A stretch of 19,987 nucleotides of DNA, taken from Oligoflexia bacterium. Its GTDB lineage: Bacteria > Bdellovibrionota > UBA1018. The notes under the pieces are model-generated. The model was not told the origin of the DNA and ran no database searches. It worked only from the letters and a program-made list of their open reading frames with translations. Position 1 is the first letter of the stretch; each line of letters begins with the position of its first letter. Positions 1 to 8,800 of the stretch are shown here, piece by piece. The DNA lies in assembly GCA_043732485.1 (NCBI GenBank), contig JAYTHP010000012.1, positions 1-19,987 on the forward strand, read 5' to 3'. Made by a program: the position numbers and the translations under genes.

Positions 1-252
1 GCTTTCCCCACCTTTTTTGAGCACCCCGGCTTAGGTTATATCGGGAAAGTGAGTTACGGGATTTACCTGATTCATCCGCTGTTGCCTCGAACGCTGGAAG
101 CCGTTGAGCGGACAACGGGTTTACCGTCTTTACCGGCTTTAGGGTGGTTTCATTTTTGCGTGTTGTCCGGGTTCAGCGTCTTAGCGGCGTCTGTCTCCTG
201 GCACTGCTTTGAAAATCCCATCAATCAATTAAAAAAACACTTTCCCTATTAA
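1..252 (+). CDS. Acyltransferase family 3 (OafA/YrhL-like) membrane protein, 3' end only
   Basis: Frame is open from base 1 (AFPTFFEHPGLGYIGKVSYGIYLIHP...LAASVSWHCFENPI), stop TAA 250-252. The 'YIGKxSYGIYLxH' and 'SWxxFExP' motifs are typical of the acyltransferase-3 C-terminus. The GTG start at 49 in the ORF track is an edge artefact. Confidence 0.85.
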   Translation, partial: AFPTFFEHPGLGYIGKVSYGIYLIHPLLPRTLEAVERTTGLPSLPALGWFHFCVLSGFSVLAASVSWHCFENPINQLKKHFPY

Positions 253-316
253 GCGCCACGAGAAAGAGCGGAGACGGCGTCGTCGCTTGTTGCCAATGCG
301 GTTTTGCTGTGCCCCT

Positions 317-368
317 AAAAAACAAAGACCACCGTTGGGGCTATCAATTGCCCTGCGGGTGGTCTTTG
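317..368 (-). terminator. Rho-independent terminator of the XRE gene, possibly bidirectional
   Basis: Perfect 11-bp inverted repeat CAAAGACCACC (323-333) / GGTGGTCTTTG (358-368) with an inner GGGC/GCCC stem. A6 at 317-322 gives a U-tract on the minus strand. Lies between two convergent stop codons. Confidence 0.75.
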
Positions 369-391
369 ATGAGAAGTTAAAAGAGGAGTCT

Positions 392-853
392 TTAGTGTTT
401 TAACATTTCTAAAGCAGCAACCAAGAATTTCTTTCGCGAAGTCAGCGATGCTGCCTGATACTTCTGAATGACTTCTTGCAGCTGACTATCCCGCGAGGCA
501 ATCGAAATAACAGAAGCCACGGCCCCGATGTTTTTCAGGATCATGGGCTTTGCTAATTTTTTGCCTTTAGGGCTAGCCACAAAGCTTCTAAAGTCTGACC
601 GAACAGCAAGATTGGCGGCTTGTAGCTCTTCAGAGGGAATCTTCAACGCACCAGCAAGTTGCGAAGCTTTATCCCAGGGAAGAGGAGCTCGCCCATGTTC
701 AATATTAGAAATAAATTGAACTGAGCAACAGCAAGCCTTTGCCACTTCGGCAAGACCTAGACCTCTTTCGAGACGGTGTTTACGGACAAGGTCCCCGAGG
801 GGACCAAATGAACGATTATCATTAGAACGACCTTTTGGGCGACCACGTTTCAT
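392..853 (-). CDS. XRE-family (HTH_3) transcriptional regulator with N-terminal AT-hook-like motif
   Basis: 153 aa. LGDLVRKHRLERGLGLAEVAK...SVQFISNIEHGRAPLP...LAGALKI is a classical XRE helix-turn-helix. The protein begins MKRGRPKGR. Confidence 0.88.
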   Translation of the reverse strand: MKRGRPKGRSNDNRSFGPLGDLVRKHRLERGLGLAEVAKACCCSVQFISNIEHGRAPLPWDKASQLAGALKIPSEELQAANLAVRSDFRSFVASPKGKKLAKPMILKNIGAVASVISIASRDSQLQEVIQKYQAASLTSRKKFLVAALEMLKH

Positions 854-906
854 ATAGTTTTAGGTGTTATCTCAATTAAACAAACAGTACAAGATAGAAG
901 ATAAAA

Positions 907-953
907 AATTACATCAAAATTTTGTAATTAGTTGGGGCAAAAAAAAAATTATA
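907..953 (-). promoter_or_regulatory. Putative promoter -10 element and palindromic operator upstream of the XRE gene
   Basis: Minus-strand TATAAT at 953-948, A10 tract at 939-948, and inverted repeat AATTACA-N9-TGTAATT at 907-929. No convincing -35 at 17 bp spacing. Confidence 0.45.
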
Positions 954-1159
954 AATAGCTCTTGACATGAAATTCGAATGTTATTGCATTAAGCGGTATG
1001 TAAGGGGTTTTTTGCCTTCTCTCGCCTCTCTTCCTGGGTTCCCGGGGGGTGGGGCTGCGCCCCGCAACCGCTTGGTTTCGTCAAAGTCGGCGTTAGGCTT
1101 TCAGTCGCGCGCTGGGTGAGTTGATTCAATTGCTCAAGCCACATAAAAAATCTTGCTTT

Positions 1160-1357
1160 TTACAAGAAGAAGACAAAATCGCCTTGCGGTGAAAGGACTT
1201 TAAAGGTCTCACCCAAAGTGAGACTGCGCAAAGGAGCGGTGTGGCTTCTTTTTTTTCTGTTTTTCTCCTTCCCCACGCAAGGAGAGTTGCGGGCTGTTGG
1301 AGAGGGCACGCGGTTGAAACTCACGGATGGTGGATGACTGTCCGTCGCCAGCGGCAC
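1160..1357 (-). CDS. Possible small hypothetical protein (65 aa)
   Basis: GTG start with AGGAG 7 nt upstream (1369-1365), co-directional with flanking genes. No recognisable motif. Confidence 0.2.
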   Translation of the reverse strand: MPLATDSHPPSVSFNRVPSPTARNSPCVGKEKNRKKRSHTAPLRSLTLGETFKVLSPQGDFVFFL

Positions 1358-1504
1358 ACTTTCTCTCCTGCGGCACCTCCCCCTGACACGCTGGGCGGCT
1401 TAGTCTTCATGCAGGGGAAGAAAACACCTGGGCCCTTCCAGTAGTGGTCCAAAAAGCTTACGGGCTACGAAGTCTCGCCAAGAGTGTTATTGACACCAAA
1501 GGTC

Positions 1505-2890
1505 TTAGGCTGAGTGCTCCAGCTTGCTGTGCCAGTGACCGTAAACGAGATAAATCAAAAGCCCGATGGAGACAGCGGCGCTAAAGGGTTGCCAGTTTCG
1601 CAAAAAAAGCTGGATAAACATCACCCCGCAAATAAGCGCCGACGCCGAAGCTGTCAAAAAGACCGCGGGACAGCGAAACGGGCGTTTTTCCAGCGGATAA
1701 CGCACGCGTAAGACCATTAAGCCGATGGAAACGAAGCAATAAGTGGCAAGCGACGACATGCTGGCAATTTGCCCGAGCGCACTGACCGGGGCAAACCCTG
1801 CAATTAAGGCCATCACGGCGCCTGAGATCATAATGCTTAACGCCGGGGTATTGGAGCGGGGGTGGAGGCGCATAAACAGCGGTGGTAGCAGGCCGTCGCG
1901 TGCCATCACAAACAGGATGCGAGATTGACCAAAAATCAGGGTTAAAATCACGGTGGTCATGCCCGCCACCGCCCCGGTGGCGACAATTTTTGCCCCCGTT
2001 TGCACGCCAATGGCTCTTAAGGCAAAGGTCATGGGCTCAGGGTTTTTCAAGCTGGCATAGGGCACAATCCCGGTTAACACCCCGGCCACCAGAATATACA
2101 AAAGGGCAGAGCCCAGGAGTGAAAAGATAATCCCGAGCGGTAAGTCGCGGTTGGGGTTTTTGCACTCTTCGGCTGCGGTTGCCACCGTGTCAAAGCCCGT
2201 GTAAGCCATGAAAATAAAGCCCGCACCGGCAATAATGCCATAGGTGCCGTTTGGCGAGAAGTCCTCCCAGTTGGCAAAATCAAAATGAGGAATGGCTGCC
2301 ACCAAAAAAATGAGGATTGCGCCTAGCTTCACGAACACCAGAAGACCGTTGAGCCTGGCGGCACCTTTGGCCCCTTTAATTTGAATCAGGGTCATCAAGG
2401 CGATGATGAACATGGCGGGTAGATTGACCATCCCTCCTTCAGAAGGAATTTGGTGCCAAGCCGCTGGCAATTCCAGTCGCATCGCTTTGAGGATACCCGC
2501 CATATAGCCTGACCAGCCTGCTGCCACGGTTGCCGTCCCAAAGGTAAAGGTCATCAGCATCAGCCAGCCCACAGCTGCTGCAAAAACTTCGCCCAGGCTC
2601 ACGTAAATATAGGTGTATCCGCCCCCTGCTGTCGGTAGCATGGCGGCGAGTTCTGCGTAGGCCAGTGCCGTGAAAATGCAAGCAACCGCGCCCAGCAGAA
2701 AGGATAAGGTGATGGCTGGACCGGCGTACTCAGCGGCGGCAAGCCCAGTGAGAACAAAGATCCCTGTGCCGATGATCCCTCCTAACCCCAGCAGCACTAG
2801 GTCCAAGATGCCTAGGTTTTTTTTGAACTCGGTTTGGCTCAGTTCAGCTTTGATCAGGGCGAGACTTTTGGTGCGAAAAGGATTGGTCAT
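1505..2890 (-). CDS. APC-superfamily amino acid permease (cationic amino acid transporter/YfnA-like)
   Basis: 461 aa with about 12 hydrophobic segments. Motifs GLGGIIGTGIFVLTG, AGPA, YAELAAMLP-AGG-Y-Y, FMAYTGFD, AEECKNPNRDLP, SRILFVMARDGLLP and RPFRCP. Confidence 0.95.
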   Translation of the reverse strand: MTNPFRTKSLALIKAELSQTEFKKNLGILDLVLLGLGGIIGTGIFVLTGLAAAEYAGPAITLSFLLGAVACIFTALAYAELAAMLPTAGGGYTYIYVSLGEVFAAAVGWLMLMTFTFGTATVAAGWSGYMAGILKAMRLELPAAWHQIPSEGGMVNLPAMFIIALMTLIQIKGAKGAARLNGLLVFVKLGAILIFLVAAIPHFDFANWEDFSPNGTYGIIAGAGFIFMAYTGFDTVATAAEECKNPNRDLPLGIIFSLLGSALLYILVAGVLTGIVPYASLKNPEPMTFALRAIGVQTGAKIVATGAVAGMTTVILTLIFGQSRILFVMARDGLLPPLFMRLHPRSNTPALSIMISGAVMALIAGFAPVSALGQIASMSSLATYCFVSIGLMVLRVRYPLEKRPFRCPAVFLTASASALICGVMFIQLFLRNWQPFSAAVSIGLLIYLVYGHWHSKLEHSA

Positions 2891-3078
2891 AAGGAGAGTG
2901 TCGTTTTCCAGGGTCGGTTAAAGGTTTTTGTTCAAGATCCCCAGGTCAGGCGGTTGCTCTCACCAGGGGGATGGTCTCAGGGTGTGATTTCACAAAGCTT
3001 TTTTTGCCTTGGCTTCAAAAAAGTGAGTCTTCGACTTCTTCGTTTCGCTTGCTGAACGCGAGGAGGAAGAAGGAGGCA

Positions 3079-3132
3079 GGGGGTGGGCGGGCGGGCACTG
3101 GGTCACCAGGCCCATGCCCCATGCCCACCCCC
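3079..3132. other. GC-rich hairpin downstream of gpx (possible terminator or stabiliser)
   Basis: GGGGGTGGGC (3079-3088) pairs with GCCCACCCCC (3123-3132). Inner stems GGGCA/TGCCC and TGGG/CCCA. No clean U-tract. Confidence 0.5.
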
Positions 3133-3182
3133 TTCTCTCCTTGCCCTCCAAAGCGTCAGGAGTGCGTCAGATTAAAAACCCT

Positions 3183-3665
3183 TCAAGTCAAAAGCGCTTC
3201 AATTTCCGGGACAATCGTCAGCGGGTCCGTTTGCGGGGCAAAGCGTTTGACCACTTGACCGCTGGCATTGATCAGGAATTTGGTGAAATTCCATTTAATA
3301 GCTTCGGTGCCTAAGATTCCCTTCCCTTCAGCTTTCAGGAACTGATAGAGCGGATCAGTCGCATCGCCGTTGACATCAATTTTAGCAAACAGCGGGAAGC
3401 TTACCTTGTAATTCAGTTCACAAAATTTCTGAATTTCGGCTTCCGTTCCTGGCTCCTGGCCACCAAATTGATTGCACGGGAAACCAAGCACTGAGAATTT
3501 GCGGGCGCCAAGCCTCTGGTAAACCTGCTCTAACCCCTCGTACTGCTTGGTGAAGCCGCACTGACTGGCTGTGTTGACAATTAAAAGCACTTGTCCTTTA
3601 AAAGCATCCAGCTTCATCGTTTCATGTTTGATGGTTTTCACGGAAAAATCATAAATACTGTCCAT
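3183..3665 (-). CDS. gpx: Glutathione peroxidase family protein, Cys-type (BtuE/Gpx-like, probably thioredoxin-dependent)
   Basis: 160 aa. Motifs VNTASQCGFT (peroxidatic Cys, codon TGC, not Sec), GFPCNQFGGQEPG, KFC (candidate resolving Cys) and IKWNFTKFL. AGGAG RBS upstream. Confidence 0.96.
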   Translation of the reverse strand: MDSIYDFSVKTIKHETMKLDAFKGQVLLIVNTASQCGFTKQYEGLEQVYQRLGARKFSVLGFPCNQFGGQEPGTEAEIQKFCELNYKVSFPLFAKIDVNGDATDPLYQFLKAEGKGILGTEAIKWNFTKFLINASGQVVKRFAPQTDPLTIVPEIEALLT

Positions 3666-4028
3666 AAGTTAGCTCTCCTATCGTAAATAAGAACATTTTT
3701 CAACGGTACTTTCATTTTTTTTACTCACGAGAACAACGCTCTAGCCTTAGATTTACACTTTACACGATCGCTGGTTTTGCAAGCGTTGCCTGCAATCGAC
3801 CTCGGAGCGGCTAAGACGCAAACCGCCTCATACTATTTTACGGGGTTTCGCTTTTTACCGCGGGGGACTTACACTTGCTTACTGATCTCACGTTTCCGGA
3901 AGGCTTGGAAAGTATTTTCCGCTGCACCGGCCGCAATCAGCCCATTTTTTGTAAGCTAAACCGCTGACTTAAAGGGGGGGCTACGCTGCGGCAGTGCGTC
4001 TGGAGCGAGCTGCTGAGGGCCATTGCGG

Positions 4029-5327
4029 TTAAAGGGAGTGTGGTTTTTTTCCCAAGACAATCCCCTCAGCGCGGGCCACCACTGCGGCGGCAAGGCAGTT
4101 GCCGAGCAGGTTAATGGCCGACCTGCCCATATCCATGAAAGCATCAACGCCTAGGATCAGTGCTAAGCCCTCAAGCGGCAGGCCAAAAGTGGTTAAAGTG
4201 CCCGATAAAACCACAATCGAAGTGCGGGGAACCGCGGCCACCCCTTTGCTGGTCAGCATGAGGGTGAGCATCATCACCACTTGGTGTTGCAAACTCAGCT
4301 GAATGCCTGAGACTTGGGCCACAAAAATCGATGCCATCGAAAGGTAAAGAGTCGAGCCATCGAGGTTAAAGCTATAGCCGATTGGCAACACAAAGCTGGA
4401 GATCCGCCGCGGCACGCCGAGATCCGCTAAGCCTTGAAGTGCCAGCGGGTAAGAGGATTCACTGGAAGTGGTGGCAAAGGCATAAAGCACGGGTTTGCGT
4501 AAGTGCTTAAGGAAAGGCCAAACCGGGATACCGTAGATCTGGCAAATGGGGTAAAACACCACGAGTACGAACAAAAACAGGGCAAAATAAAGCGCTCCCA
4601 CCAGTTTGAGGAGCGGGAGTAAGACCAGCCAGCCATGCTCAGCCACCGCAGATGACAAGGCCGCACAAACGCCTAAGGGAGCTAAGTACATGATATAGCT
4701 AATGAACTTAAACATAACGTCGGCAAGCGACTCGCAAAAAACTAGGATCGGCTTGGCCTTTTCTCCCGTTGAAAGCACCCCCATTCCAAAGAGCAAGGAA
4801 AAGATTACGATTTGCAAGACATCGTTTTCGACCACCGCTTTGGCGATATTCAAGGGCAAGAGGTGCTCGATGAAGCTCGTGTAAGTGAGAATCGACTGCG
4901 GGCTGGCCAGCGAAGTGGCCGAACCAACGGCTGCTCCCCCGCCTTCCGCGAGTAAATGGAGGTGAAGGCCTGCTCCTGGCTGGAGCAAGTTGACCACCAG
5001 CAGACCGATTGCAAGTGCCAGCGTGGTGACCACTTCGAAGTAAAGAAAGGTTCGGGCCCCCATTTTTCCTAGTTGCTTAAAGTTGCCGGCTGAGGCAATA
5101 CCTGTAACAATTGTGGAAAAAATGAGTGGCGCAATTGCGCACTTCACCCCGTGCAAAAAAAGTGTTTGAAAGGGCTTGAGCCAAAAAACGGCCTGCGGGA
5201 AGCAGCCCCCGAGCAGGAGCCCGAGGAACAGCCCGAGGAAAATCCAGGTCGCCAGTCGGTTGAGCTGCAGGAGTTGGAAAATAGAGCGTCGGGTTGGCTG
5301 AGGAGTCGTCGTAGTAGGCTTGGTCAT
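4029..5327 (-). CDS. gltP: Dicarboxylate/amino acid:cation symporter (DAACS), GltP-like glutamate/aspartate transporter
   Basis: 432 aa. Motifs APLIFSTIVTGI, FATTSSES, VLPIGYSFNLDGSTLY, KGVAAVP and GVDAFMDMGRSAINLLGN. The D-x-x-R in TM8 resembles acidic amino-acid carriers rather than DctA (S-E-A-R). Substrate and symbol are inferred. Confidence 0.9.
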   Translation of the reverse strand: MTKPTTTTPQPTRRSIFQLLQLNRLATWIFLGLFLGLLLGGCFPQAVFWLKPFQTLFLHGVKCAIAPLIFSTIVTGIASAGNFKQLGKMGARTFLYFEVVTTLALAIGLLVVNLLQPGAGLHLHLLAEGGGAAVGSATSLASPQSILTYTSFIEHLLPLNIAKAVVENDVLQIVIFSLLFGMGVLSTGEKAKPILVFCESLADVMFKFISYIMYLAPLGVCAALSSAVAEHGWLVLLPLLKLVGALYFALFLFVLVVFYPICQIYGIPVWPFLKHLRKPVLYAFATTSSESSYPLALQGLADLGVPRRISSFVLPIGYSFNLDGSTLYLSMASIFVAQVSGIQLSLQHQVVMMLTLMLTSKGVAAVPRTSIVVLSGTLTTFGLPLEGLALILGVDAFMDMGRSAINLLGNCLAAAVVARAEGIVLGKKPHSL

Positions 5328-5835
5328 AGGGTTGATGGGGTCATTTCTTGTGGCCTGAAGCGAGAAAGTCGGAGAGTTCGGGCGTCAGGTGTTGCCTCAG
5401 GGGGAGTGTATTCTCGTGAGTGGTTGACGGGATTTTTTGAAGTGATATTTTTCAGTCCTTAAAGTGAATCAAAAGTTTTCTTAAAATTCACCAATAAAAT
5501 CATAGAGCTCTGCTTTTTTAGCGGAAGGTCTGTTTTTGGGTCCTACTCTCGAGGGCCTCGCAATCCGGGGGGCGTTTGTGAAGCGGGTTGACGGCGCTGT
5601 CTCGGGCTGCTGCTGACTTGACTTACTGAGTTTACTCGCGCGAGCTCTTTTTAGCAAAAAGCGAGGCAAAACGCTTTAAAGCCTCGTAGTCAACGGGTGA
5701 GATTTGGAAGTGCACGGTTCTCAGGGGTCGCTTGCTGCAAAGAGCAGCAGAGACTAGAGTATATTGAGTTTTTTATGGATTTCAATGGTTAATTTTCGGG
5801 GTTTTTATAAAAAATAAGGCAATTGTGGAGTTTCG

Positions 5836-8800
5836 ATGAATCAGGAAGCATTAAGAAAGCAATATTTTTTGCTCTTTGCACAGTTACAAAAGCAGTGTCG
5901 GCCTACACTTTGGTCGCAAGGCGTGGCATCAGTGCGCGCCAATCGGGTGAGTTTTGTCGAGGAGCGCGGGGGTGAGTTTTGTTTTCGAGTCACGCGCACT
6001 GATCGTCCCTTTGCAGCGCAAGTCAGCGTCTGGGTTGAGGAGGAAGATTACTACTGCGATTGTGGAGAAGGCGGCAGCGAGGAGGACTTGTGTGTGCACT
6101 TGGCAGCGGCCTTGATCTTTCATAAAAACAGTTGGCAAAAAAATGAGTCCCAAGCCTCGCTTACCTCACAGCTAGGGGGCAAGGCGCCTGAAGACACCCA
6201 CGCCAGCACCAGCAGCAACACCAGCGAACCCCTAACCCCAAGGAAACCTCAGCCTGAAGTAACCACTGAGCGATTGACGCTACAATTAGAGTACCGTTTG
6301 CAGCGTAAAGGGGACCATCAGCTTTTTTTATCCCGCTGGTGGGTCTTGCTCAGGCAGCCAGAAACACTGGAGGTTCGGGCAGATCATCAGCCTCTACCAT
6401 CAACGCCGCACGAACAGCAGCAGCAGCAGCCGGTACTAGGGTCGCTTGTCGCCTGGGTCGGGGGCATTCAATCCGGGCGGATCGCACCAAGAGCGGAAGG
6501 TCCCTGGAAAGGCCTCCGGGATGTTGGCCAGTGGATGACCTCGCAAGATTGGGCCATGGACGCTTGGATTACTTCCGGGATGCAAATGGCTAGTCAAGGG
6601 ATGCAGCGGCAGGTGCAGGCCCAGGAGGTGTGCGTCAGTGGCACTTTGACGCGGGGGTTTTGGCAGATTTTTTCGCAGTTGCGGCTAGTGACCTATGAGG
6701 GCAGAAGGGTCGCGCCTCAGGCGCAAGTGTGGCAAGCGCGCGCCTGGCTGCGAGATGAGCCGCTGGACGGAGGAGGAGGGGGCGGTGGTAGTAATCGTAG
6801 TAGAGCTAGAGCGGTTCGCCGGTTTCGTCTCCGGATTGAAGCCGCGCCTGCGGGCAGTGAGCGTCTGGGGCAATCGCTGGCGCTACAGCATGAACGCTTG
6901 ATTTTCCTAGAAACAAAAAAAGCGGTGGGCTTAAGATCAGCAGCGCCGGAGAAAGAGCAGGATAAGGGGCAGGAGACGCCTTATGAGACAGCGGCAACGC
7001 AAGGACCTGGGATCTTGATTAGTCGTCAGGATCTACGGGTGTGGGTGACCGAGCGCCTGCCTGCTTTACAAAGTAAAATGACGGTGGTTATTGAGACCCA
7101 GGCCTGGCCTCGGTTCAGTCAAGCGCGGTCACAAATGGTGTTGTTTTTGCAGGCCCACCAGCGGGGGGCAGGCGGAGAGCCGCAGCTGCAGGTCACCCCA
7201 CAGTGGGAGCTGGAGCCTGATGGGCCAGGGGATTTTAAGATCCACCGGGCGCAAGACTTGCAGCCTTGGGTTGTGCGCTTGAAAGAGGAATTGCATCTCA
7301 CTTTAGGGCAAAGCCTGACTTTGGTAGGCGAAGCTGCGGTGAGCTTTTTGCACGGTGCAGCCGCTGCCTGGCAATGGCGCGGTTCAGGGGCTGAGGCGTT
7401 TCAAGTCGCAGGAAGCGTGCAACTAAGTCTTGTGCCGCAGAGAACACCGCAGACAGCAAGTGGCAAAGGTGACGTTGGCGTTGATGAGCAGTCGTCGGGA
7501 TTTCAAGTCAAGGTCGGGGTGGCAGCTCGCGGGAGTGGTGAGGCCCGGTCGTCGTGGTTTTTGGAGGAAGCAGCAGCGGGCTTATCGGTGGGCGAGGTGT
7601 TGCGGGCGTGGGAGCATGGCGCGCGCTGGATCAGTTTACCCAGTGGCGCATGGGCGGCCTTGCCGGAGGAGAGCTTGCAGGGTTATGTTAACGTGTTGCG
7701 GCGCATGTTGGAGGGGCGCAAGGACTCGGTCGGGGTGATTCCGCACTATTTCATTCCTCAGTTGCTGGAGACTCTTGGGGTGGGTGGGTGGGGTGGTGGT
7801 CTGGGAGAGCAAAGTCAGTCCCAGCAGGCACTACAATCAACTAGGCTTGAACCCTGGCCTAGTTTCGCTGACCTACCTGCAGCCCATTTACCTGCTGATT
7901 TGCAGGCTGAGCCGCGCGGCTATCAGCTGCAGTGTGTTGCCTGGCTTGCATTTTTGCGGGGGAAAGGGGCTGGTGCGCTGCTTGCAGACGACATGGGGCT
8001 TGGCAAGACCTTGCAGGTGCTGTGCGCCTTGCAGGGTCGGACGCTGATCGTTTGCCCGACGAGCGTTTTGCCAGCGTGGGTGTTGCAGATGCAAGATTTT
8101 CGTCCGCACTTGCGCTTTGCGATTTATGGGGGAGCAGGGCGCAGCCTGGCTGAAACCGATCAGGCGGAGGTGGTTTTGACCAGCTACGGGGTGTTGCGCT
8201 TAGACGTTGCCGTCTTGCGTGAACCGTTGTGGGACGCGGTGGTTTTGGATGAGTCGCAGATGATCAAAAATCCCGACAGTCAAGTCGCGCGCGCTGCGTT
8301 TCAGTTACGGGGGCGTTTTCGGGTGGCGCTCAGCGGCACACCGATTGAAAATCGTTTGGAGGATTTGTGGAGTCAGTTTCATTTCCTGAATCCTGGACTT
8401 TTAGGGTCTCAGGCGGAGTTCAAAGCCCGTTTTGGCGGGGAGGTGGCTCCTCAACCAGGATCATCAGGTGGCGGTAGCGGCTTACCAACCTTACAGCGCC
8501 TGATTGCCCCGTTCTTCCTGCGGCGTTTGAAAAGTCAGGTCTTGACCGAGTTGCCGCCCAGGATTGAAAAGGTGCTTTACTCGCAGTTGAACGACGCTGA
8601 GAGGACCTCTTACGAGGCACTCTTGGCCTCCACCCGCTCTCAGGTCTTAGCGCAGCTAGCAGACGGCGCACAAAAAAAAGTCAGTCTATTTTCCATCCTC
8701 GAGCTGTTATTGCGCTTAAGACAAGCTTGTTGTCATCTCGCGTTGCTTCCAGGCCAGCAGCAGCAGGGAGGGAGAGTAGGCGGCGGCATCGCTTCCTCTG

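Noticed and set aside
3558..3560. Selenocysteine in Gpx
   Set aside because: The active-site codon is TGC (Cys). There is no in-frame TGA.
3723..5421. Shared 11-mer ACTCACGAGAA upstream of gpx and gltP
   Set aside because: Opposite orientation relative to the two genes, and 11-mer matches are expected by chance in 20 kb.
5328..5835. Amino-acid riboswitch in the long gltP/SNF2 divergent region
   Set aside because: No glycine, lysine, SAM or T-box consensus recognised on either strand by eye. An Rfam scan would be decisive.
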